In this document: in pieces, positions 53,963 to 64,000 of the stretch
Layout: each line of letters starts with the position of its first letter
Numbering within the stretch: position 1 is the first letter of the stretch
Position numbers and translations under genes: made by a program
From: Chrysomallon squamiferum
Taxonomy: Eukaryota > Animalia > Mollusca
Assembly (NCBI GenBank): GCA_012295275.1
Contig: CM022665.1
Span: 38,812,001-38,876,000, forward strand
Reading direction: 5' to 3'
Length of the DNA stretch: 64,000 nt
The notes under the pieces: model-generated
Told to the model about the DNA's origin: nothing
The model's input: only the letters and a program-made list of their open reading frames with translations
Databases searched by the model: none

Positions 53963-55482
53963 GTTATTGTTATTATTGTTGTTGTTGTTGTTGTTGTTAC
54001 TGTTGTAGCTGTTGTTGTGTTGTTATTGTTATACCACAACGTCCACTGCTGATACTACTACTACTATTACTACTTTTACTGGTATTATTATCATCATCAT
54101 TACTAGTACTAGTATACTATTTATGAATAAAATGCATCATAAATAAATAAATTATTTTAAAATCAAAATCACTATGAATTATCTGGTTAAATTTTTTTTT
54201 TTTTTTAAATGTATCCCAATAAAATAATTATAGTCCACTATAACCCACTGCTATAAACTTGATTTATATGAACAGAAAGCATTTAATAGTATCAACCCTA
54301 TTTCCACAAGCTTACTCTTCTTAGAATAGAAAAGAAAAGAAAAAAACAAAAAAACCAGTTATAGATTTTATTTTTTATTTTATTTTATTTTTTTTTTTTT
54401 TTCATTAATCATCAACGGATTCAAATTTTAGACGGAATGATGTTTACAAAATCTATGCCACAACATTTAACTGTACTTTTAAAAAATTAAACTAATAATT
54501 CGACTGAATTAGTTGTTGTTGTTTTTTATTTTTTTTTTTTTTTTATATTTTTTATTTTTAATCCACAACCTTTAGCGGATTACGCAGCAAATTGCATTTA
54601 AATTGCGTTTCTTTATTTCGCCTAATTTTCTTCATTTCATTCGCACTGGGTGCACGCACGTGTGTCTTTATTAAGGGGGGATTGACAACGTGCCTAGAAT
54701 TCACCGCTAGATGCAAAACATTTTGGACGCTTCATTCATTCTTTCCTTCTTCATATACGTAGAAATATTAATGCCATTGTAACTCACCGCTCAGGTGTGC
54801 AAACTTAATTATCGACATGGTCTGGGTTTCATTTTTTTTTTTTTTTTTTTCTGTTTGATTTTTTGTTATAGAGTTTTAACCGCATCTTAGGAAAAACAAA
54901 AACCGAAAAAAGGTAAGTTTTTTTTTTTTATTCAAGATATCCAGCATGGAGCAGGAGAGAGATGTCAAGAGCTTTTAGCTGGGTCGATTGGTAAAGACAA
55001 GAGTTGTGGTTTACACGCCAAACACAATGACAACAGGTACTGGAGGAAACCGCATTGATTAAGTACGTTTTCTGTCGTGTTTTTCTTCGTTTTTTTTTTT
55101 TAAGACAAAGTACGACAATTACCGTAATAATTGTAAGCCTTAATTTGTTCTTTCCATCCCAGGAGCCAAGTCGATACGAACCAGGTGAAGTTATTGAAGA
55201 TTAGCACAAGAGGAAGTTCGTTATAGGTGTAATTAAACAGAAATATACCGAGGTTTTGCATCGAGTGGTGGAAAAGGAAAATGTCAAAGAATACAAATGT
55301 GACGACTTGTGGGTTACAATAGAATAAAACATTAAAATAATAATAAAGCTTCCATAGAACGGAGGATGAAGAAATAAATCCACTAATGTCGCGTTAGGTT
55401 TTCTTTATTTCCACGCGAAGTCTGTATTTAAAAATCAATTTATAGCCAGATGTATCAGTTTAGACAGCAATTATGAAACTCA

Positions 55483-55507
55483 GATTACTATTATTATTAT
55501 TATTATT

Positions 55508-55578
<71 letters not shown>

Positions 55579-55958
55579 CATCGTCATCATTATTATTATT
55601 ATTGCTACTGGTACTACTACTACTACTATTATTATTATTTTTAATTTTGTCATCATCATCATCATCATCATTATTATTATTATACTGCTGCTTCTGCTAC
55701 AACATTTACTACTACTGCTACTACTGCTGCTGCTACTCCTCCTACTACTACAGTTATTATTATTATTGTTATTATTATTTTCATCATTATCATTATTATT
55801 ACTACTACTACTACTACTACTATTATTTTGTTACTGTCATCATCTTTATTATTATTACTACTACTATTATTATTATTATTATTATTTTTAATACTGCTAC
55901 TACTGCTAAGACTGATGCCTCTGCTACTACTATTACTTTTATTATATTTCTTATTTTC

Positions 55959-56017
<59 letters not shown>
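55483..56017. repeat. Compound trinucleotide tract (TTA/TTG/TCA/CTA/CTG)n
   Basis: A chain of related triplet repeats; it accounts for ORF 55473-56057. Confidence 0.92.
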
Positions 56018-56305
56018 TGTGAGGGGTGGGATTTGTTTGTTTTGTTCGTTTTTTTAAAATTATGATTTTATTTATAGGTGGCGACCAATAATGACTAACA
56101 ATAAAGTATGACAGTAAAATCGTACAAAAAAAGTTCACAAAAAAGTGAACCGGTAACCATAGATTATCTGTTACAAAAATATAGATTTTACTTGAAATAT
56201 GGAATTTAAAATCATTTATATCTTCTTCTGTGAAAGAACATGGTTTAATTTTTCGAATTCATAATGAAACAACAATTATTAGTGAAAAAGTGAATAAAAT
56301 ATAAA

Positions 56306-56348
56306 TTATATTATATTATATTATATTATATTATATTATATTATATTA
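56306..56348 (+). repeat. (TTATA)n pentanucleotide repeat
   Basis: Direct reading of the sequence. Confidence 0.93.
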
Positions 56349-56831
56349 ATAATGTGCAACACTATAATAGAGCACCGATAGCAGTAAAAAAAAAAATAAT
56401 AATAAACAATAGTTTTGAAATATATTAAAATGTATTCTGCAACTAAATCTAAACATAATATTTGATGCATAATCATACCTACTTTGTTATCGCATTAATA
56501 TTGTTTTCAAAGGTTAATAACTCAATGAACTGTATTTTATATAAATATGATTCTAAGAGAAAGATATTTATTATGAAAATAATCACTGAAAAATTCATTT
56601 TATGTAGTGTACATGCATGCGCGCACGAGTATTTGCAAGTCTAATGAGCTGTGCATATGTGCATGACTAAGTGCATGCATGTGTGCTTATGTTCATTTTT
56701 AATGTGGTTTTTTTTTTTTTTTTTTGTATTTCGTTTATTTTTCCCCTCCTTATATGCATTATTCATCTTCATAATAAACATCATTTTTATCATTATCATC
56801 GTTAGCAACAGTATCATCGTTATTACTTTTG

Positions 56832-56877
<46 letters not shown>

Positions 56878-56967
56878 GGTATGATGGTCTTACTGTTGTT
56901 AATGATATTGTTATACCTTTAATATTTATTCTTATATAATTATTTCAATTTCAGTGTCCAAAATAAG

Positions 56968-57020
56968 TAATATAATATAATATAATATAATATAATATAA
57001 TATAATATAATATAATATAA
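56968..57020 (-). repeat. (TAATA)n pentanucleotide repeat, inverse orientation to 56306-56348
   Basis: Direct reading of the sequence. Confidence 0.93.
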
Positions 57021-57084
57021 ATCCATGGGAAAAACCCCACAAACAAATACAATTTTAATATCAAATTTAATTAAGTTAGGCTAA

Positions 57085-57195
57085 CCGCCTAATCCGCTCT
57101 AAAAACATATCACAATCGGTAAACAAAACAAAAATGGCGACGAATTCACGGCCTTGTATCATAGATGGCGCAGCTAATCTAAATGGCCGCGAGGT
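57085..57195 (+). promoter_or_regulatory. Cluster of three YY1/Pho-like ATGGC sites plus TAATCC
   Basis: AAAATGGCG at 57131, AGATGGCG at 57163, AAATGGCCGC at 57181, TAATCC at 57090. Motif matches only. Confidence 0.35.
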
Positions 57196-57511
57196 ACGAC
57201 AGCTGCATTTCTAGACAATCTGTGCTCGTGATTTTTCCATCCTGGTTCTAACGACTTGATCTAATTGGACAGGCAAAACATGTAATTTACTGGGGTTCAG
57301 TCAGCCATAATTGACTGCTTGCTTCCAACAACAGCGCGATGGATTTAGTCGAGCGAGGTCCGCTTTTATACTTTGAAGAACATTTGATTGCAATTACAGG
57401 AAGTTAACTTCTCCCCGAAATAAGCTTGATGGTGAGGCCATTGAGACGACATTCCCATACGCTGGCTAGAGCTGAGTGTTTGTGTAAATAAATATCTTAA
57501 GAAAATTTAGT

Positions 57512-57591
<80 letters not shown>

Positions 57592-57915
57592 GATGTTGTT
57601 ATTATGGATGGAGCTAATAGGTTTCTTTTCTTTTTCTTTCATTCTTTATTTATTAAGTATTATATTTAATCTTTTAACAATTATTCCAGTATACAATATG
57701 GCATTAATTTTGTAAGGGGTTTTGGGGTGGGTTTTTTGTTACCGTTATTAAAGAAAATGAGGAAAACAATAATTCAAATTATAGAGGTCTATCTTAAAAC
57801 CAGCTCTAAGTGTAATTATATTAGTAATTAGTTTAAACAGAGACATATAATAATGACATCAAAACAACAAACCCCACACAACTACAATAATAACTACTAC
57901 AACAACAACAAAATC

Positions 57916-57960
<45 letters not shown>

Positions 57961-58065
57961 TAGTGTTATATTTTTTAGAAACTAGTAGGGTTTTTTATTT
58001 ACTTCAAAATATAATTCACAATTTTACTTCTTCATTATATACACTTTTTGTAGCCTGAAAAAATG

Positions 58066-58100
<35 letters not shown>

Positions 58101-58312
58101 TGGAGGGTAAGGATGATTACTGAAATAATATAAAAATTATATTTGTTTTGGTGTGTTGTTTCTTTTATTTTTATTTATTTTTTCTCCACTTCTTTTTATT
58201 ATTAAACTCAGAATATGTATCTTTTTCAGCATAGAGAGAACAATAAAAATAAAAGAAGTAATGTTCAGAATTACATTACATTATATGTTTTATTATTACC
58301 TATATAATTATT

Positions 58313-58317
<5 letters not shown>

Positions 58318-58396
<79 letters not shown>
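58318..58396. repeat. (CT)n microsatellite
   Basis: Direct reading of the sequence. Confidence 0.97.
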
Positions 58397-58400
<4 letters not shown>

Positions 58401-58461
58401 ATGTGTGTGTGTCCAAAAACACTGAACAACAATAAAGTAAGAAACCGAAAGTCCCGTTATA

Positions 58462-58504
<43 letters not shown>

Positions 58505-59139
58505 TGCACGTTTATTCAATATTAAAAGGAAAAAGAAATCCAATCTATTCGCAGCGAAATTGACAGATATCTGGGACCGCTTGCTTTCGGGGTTGTCAAT
58601 TTCTCAATATTATCATCTGGTTCTAATAGTCTTGTGAAAGATTGATGATCGTGGATTCAATATTCGCACCACTTCTTTGTTGACCCATCGGGCTTCGACG
58701 GATATGAAATAGCCCAATGAATTTCTGAGTGAGGCACATTTAACGTGAAAATGGTCTGGCCACTTGAGAGCGAAGTGTTGGCTTATTCCATTATCGCTCT
58801 GATGGAATTCTCAATTCTATTTCAAAGTGACCATGAAGAGTATTTTCTTTGCGTAATGAAATATACTTTTCCAAGGTGATGCGCGCGCGCTCGTTCGTTC
58901 GTTCCTGCCCCGGGCTTTTTGGAATATCTAGGAAGGATGCGCCCGATATTACAGTTTTGAATCGTACTCTTTTAGTTTAGTTTCAAAAAATGAAAATAAT
59001 AATAATAAAAAAATGTTTTCTTAATTATTGTTGTTGATGTTGCTGGGTTTTTATTTTTATTTTTTAAATTTTTTATTAATTTTATTATATATGCTGTTAT
59101 TACTATAATTATTAGTATTATTATTACTAATATTATTAA

Positions 59140-59190
<51 letters not shown>

Positions 59191-62100
59191 ATACTGTGAG
59201 AAATTTTCTTAAATTTTATAATTCATAATTTTTTGTTATTTTATTTGTATTGTAGCTCTTGATTTAAAAAAAATATATATATTTATTTATTTATTTATTT
59301 ATTATTTTTAAATATGGTTCTTAAAAATGTGATAAAATTTTAACTGATATTAATGTAAATAATTAAATAAATGTACAGCAAATAATTTAAAAAAAGAAGA
59401 TTAGCGCATATATGTAATGTTGACGAAAAAGTGACAATAAAAATAACAGTAAAAATAATTAACAATAATTTAAAATTATAATAATAGTGAGTCTTTTGTG
59501 AAATATATTGCAAATACTATCACACGAAAATTTATTATTGTGATGTTATATGGATGTATTTATATAATAATTATGTAAGGCAATTCAGGACCTCAACCTT
59601 GTTATTACCAATTGTTTATTTATTTTTATTTTTATTTAACATGTTTGCGAGAAGTTCTAATCTAATGAGTACAGAACTGCAGACACACAGATTTGAAATT
59701 ATTGATGTGGCGTACATCACCGAAGAAAATTTTTAAAAATTTGTTGTTTGCATTACGAGTTTCTCGGAACATTTGTCATTTGCAGTATATTATTAAAATA
59801 TAATTTATTGCAGATGATCTGTGAAACAGTACTTAGTAAAATGTAATGAATGTTACTGAAATATTTAGTGAAACCACTTAATAATCGTTAAGTTCAAGTC
59901 AAAGTTTTATTTATTTATTTATTTTTTTTATTTTTTATATTTTTAAATGAAGTAGAACAAAATGAGAAAGCATGTTCGTTATTTTTTAATTTTTTTTAAT
60001 TTATTTATTTTTTATTTTTTTTACTTTTGATATTTTATTTTATTTTTTTGTTCTTATTTTATTATTATTTTTTATTATTTTTATCTTTATTATTATTTTT
60101 TTTTTTTTCGCTTATTTTTTTTAGGCTAATGATTTCTGATCAAATGTGGCAAACGTGCATCTTTTAATACATTAAAAGCAATTTCTATTTATTATTTTAA
60201 GCGCTATGCATTAGTGATTTAAACGTTTTTGCTTTCTCAGAACTGTTACATGTTATACCCTAAGCCGTTTTCATTTTTAATGTGCATAAACACGCGATAT
60301 TCTTTTTCATCGGTTACCTAATTCTGGTGAACATTTTAAAAAGTATCTAAAATTTTAAAATTACCTCATTTAACATCTTTGTAAGCTGTTAAAAAGCCAT
60401 ATCGATTTCACATCGTCATAAGCGCATCTGTGCTACGTAGATAATTAATGTTTAATGAAGTTACAAAACGCGATAAACGAATATGGTTAATAATTAATGG
60501 AAACGAGAATCGAGCACACAATCGCTGCTCTTTAACGAAGTCACACATCTAGTTTTCTATTCTTTCAGTCAACCCCGCCACCAAAACAACTGTGCGCATT
60601 TGGATGTTTGATAAAAACCATCGTGAACTTGTATCTTCTGAGATATATCATTTTAATCAGAATAAGCAGCATAACACCAAATTATACATGAAGATTAAAA
60701 ACCGGAATATTATCATGAACAGCATTAGAATGAAATTTTTTAAAAACCAATATATTAATATAATATTGCCATTTATTACATTATCTCAACGGCTAACCAA
60801 CAAACACGCCTGTTTAATATCACGTTCCACTGCTTTACAGCAAAAACCGCATCATCGAAGATGCAAATAAGATGCAAGAACTGTTACTCTTTGCGAGCAC
60901 CAGAGCCGCACCAACTCTTTCACCGCTACACAACAAGAGATGATCCTTGTTTTTCTTTGCCTCTCTTCACCGAACCAGCGGACAAGACAGTTGAATCTTT
61001 CAGACCCATTGTCACCACTTCCGCGATTCTTTGTTTGGCTAGAATTCCTTACGTTTGCATGGCCTCTTGGTGCTTGCAAGTGTCGGACATTGCAATCGTC
61101 AGAGAGATGTTCTTTGCTGTAGACAATAATATCTTACGGACGACTCTGCGCTCAAGGTGATTCCTATACAACTGGCATAATTACGCCCAGAAGCCCTATA
61201 CTGTTGTAATTTCCATCTCTTATTCATTAAATGAACAATTTTTGTATTTAAAGACTGAGTCATATAGACACCGACATTTTATTACTGCGGAGTGTTTCTG
61301 AAATGATGTGCACGCTGAAATAAAATTAAATCATCTCGAGTTTTTCATCTGCAATGAAAGCATTCCATCTGGCGCATAACGAATTGTGAGCAGAGCTTTT
61401 CTGTCTGACGTGGCAGATTAAGAATGAGTAGAGCAGTTTTAATAATTCTTATAAGAATTTTTTTTTTTTTTTTTTTTTTTTTTTATTAATTTAAGAATTT
61501 AAATTAATTTTTATTATGTGGAAAAAAATCCAGAGTACGCAACTGAAAGCAGATGACTGTTATTTTCAGAAGTTTCTAAATACCAATTAACTATTTATTT
61601 ATTTATTTATTCATTCATTCATTCATTTGTTCATTTGTTCGTTCGTTCTTTCATTCATTAGTTAATTAAAGGTTTCATGTTTAATTTCAGTATACATCTA
61701 TTGTTTGTTTATAAAATGTATCAGATAACGAACAGTCTATATTTCCTGTAAATCTCAGCGATGTTTTAAGAACGGTCAAGGGAGAGAATTGGCGGAATGT
61801 TTGGCATAAAAAGTAGATCCAGTTTTTTTTTTATCCTAAGATACAGAAAAATTATTTACAAAACGTCTTCACTAAATAAATTAATAGAAAAAAAAGAGTA
61901 AAACTTGGAAACTATATATTAAGTAGTTGATATTTCTGCCACATGTTAGACAATCTGATACGACGAACATTAAATATAACTGAATATATACGATTATATT
62001 TAGAGATTTTATAATTATGGTATAATATTATGATTTAAAAAATATATATATATTACATAATTCTAAATGCAAAAAAATTAACATTCACCATCTCTCTAGA

Positions 62101-63141
62101 CTACTTTAACACTGAAATCTCTATAAGAAGACCATATATGAAATCAGTGTTCGTACAAAATAGTCCGGCATAGTTCGAAACGAAGAGCAATTATCAGCAA
62201 ACAAAAGCGTTACAAGATATCACTTGATGAAACTCGAGATTGAAAGGCCTTCTACGAAACGTATCAGTAATTACAGTTTGCCAGCTCTGCTTATATTTTT
62301 GGTCTCCGTTTTACTCGAATGCAAAGCCACAACAAAGAAATCGCTCTTGCCACAGGTGTAGCCTCTTTATCTACAACTGTACGGAAAAGGCAGCAAACCA
62401 GCAACTAATGGCTACTTGTAAACGACGTGACAATCATCATCAGAGAAACGACATTCGGGAGCTAATTAGGCTGAACGCTGACAACAGGTCCACATCAAAG
62501 TCCGTAGTTGTTGGCACTGACATGAAACTCTCCAGGACATTTTGTTTGCTTCTTGAAGAATCTCATCAAAAGTCATGAAGATCTTTGAGAAAGGTCTTCC
62601 AGCCCCCAAAGTGAGCCTCAAGTAGACACGATGGCACACAAGATCTCTTATCTTTGCGACGCTGCTCTTTCCACGCCCGGTAAGAGAGTTCGACACTTGG
62701 CGGATCGTGTTTTCTGGGGCTAATGATCCGGAAACGATCGTTTGTTCTGAGATTCGTACAAGAATGCCAGCATGAATACTTACGTGATTGTTATTATCAT
62801 TTCTTAGTCGTTAGCTGATAAGCAGGTGTCGTTTGAATATATATATATATATACACACCACTGATTTTAGTGTCATTTAATTGTATGGTTTATTATATTA
62901 GTGTAATAAGGTAATGGGTGGGTAACAGTTTAACGAGGCACTATATGGCTTGTACTGTATTCTACAGAGTGAAACAAACTGAGAATCTGAGCGAGTGAGA
63001 AAATGAATCAGAACATCGCTGGTTGATTGTTGTTATTTTCTCTTTTGTTAGTTGATGATTTCTTTTCCATTTTATTTTATTTTATTTTATTTATTTTAAG
63101 TTCTTTTTATTTATTTATTTATTTATTTATTTATTTTTTAG

Positions 63142-63190
<49 letters not shown>

Positions 63191-64000
63191 GCTGTTGTTG
63201 TTGTTGTTGTTATAATTTATATTTTATGTTTTTTTCTTTTCTAATGGTTTTTATTTTTATTTGGTTTTGTTTGTTTGTTTAATGTCAATTAGAGTTTTTG
63301 TTTGTTTTTTTATTTACATTTTTTCTCTCCCATTTTTATATATTTATTTCTTTATTTATTTAATTTATTACTGGAAAAACCATTAATGGCTTCACCCTCT
63401 TTTTTTCGCGATGCACTTTGATCAACAATTTCTTTTCTTTACTTGTGTTTACTCTCTAATTTTCACTTTTTTCACTAATAATAATTCCTTTCCAATTAAA
63501 TCATTGCTATTAATTTTTTTTTTTTTTTTTTTTTTTGTTCGCTAATAAAATGTTTGTAAAATGCAATCGTCCAACTCTGGCTAAACAGAAGAGGTCAAAA
63601 TCGTTGAGCAAAGTAAACTTGTTCTGGAAGCCATCAAACTAAATCTTCAAGTAAACATCCGATCGGATGTACAGTCGCGGTACTTAGTGGAAGACAGAGA
63701 TTAAAATTGTTTGAATTGTCCAGGCAACAAGTACGTATGTTTTCAGAGTTCGTACAAGTATCTGGCAATGGTTTTTATGTTTGTTGTTTTATTATTTGCT
63801 GTTATTTGGTGTTTTATATTTCATTTTACATATATATTTTTTTTTTTGTTTCATAAAAATAATAAAAAATAAAAAATATTGTTTAAATATGTTATTCACA
63901 ATATGTCTTGAAATACGCGCGTGATGGGTTTATTTATTGATTTGACTGGATGTTAATTTTGATTTGATTTATATTTTTATTTTAATATTTTGTTGTTGTT

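Noticed and set aside
15365-54920. Splice-donor or recursive-splice-like motifs (TTCAG|GTAAAT ~15377, CTCAG|GTAACT ~21218, CAG|GTGAGT ~44332, AAG|GTAAGT ~54911)
   Set aside because: Similar motifs occur on the minus strand and no consistent exon chain can be built, so orientation cannot be inferred without RNA data.
23-60868. Octamer ATGCAAAT sites (23, 4287, 12435, 60861) and scattered CAGGTG E-boxes
   Set aside because: The counts are about what base composition would give over 64 kb.
60861-61160. ORF containing 'KTVESFRPIVTTS', reminiscent of the LINE RT 'YRPISL' motif
   Set aside because: No other RT motifs follow in frame, and the similarity is too short to support without a profile search.

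Overview
AT-rich, microsatellite-dense eukaryotic DNA, most likely from an invertebrate animal (inferred from composition, not identified). I recognise no protein-coding, rRNA or tRNA gene, known miRNA, transposase/RT ORF or CRISPR array. Almost all listed ORFs are translations of simple repeats. The window alternates about 30 unique, CpG-retaining islands (roughly 0.3-1.3 kb) with SSR/poly(A/T) spacers, as expected for a gene desert or giant intron holding cis-regulatory elements. The dominant structure is an exact 7-copy head-to-tail array of a ~2.43-2.56 kb unit (24884-42236). Its junction has a 2-bp microhomology and fuses parts of two different islands. The ~560 bp across the junction is nearly invariant, while the rest of each copy is a mosaic of shuffled haplotype blocks. 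My best candidate for a 'system' is a tandemly amplified, chimeric regulatory element under concerted evolution; this function is inference only. Smaller signals include a 28-bp minisatellite with a higher-order dimer, nested inverted repeats (1559-1672, 47221-47357) and several homotypic motif clusters.
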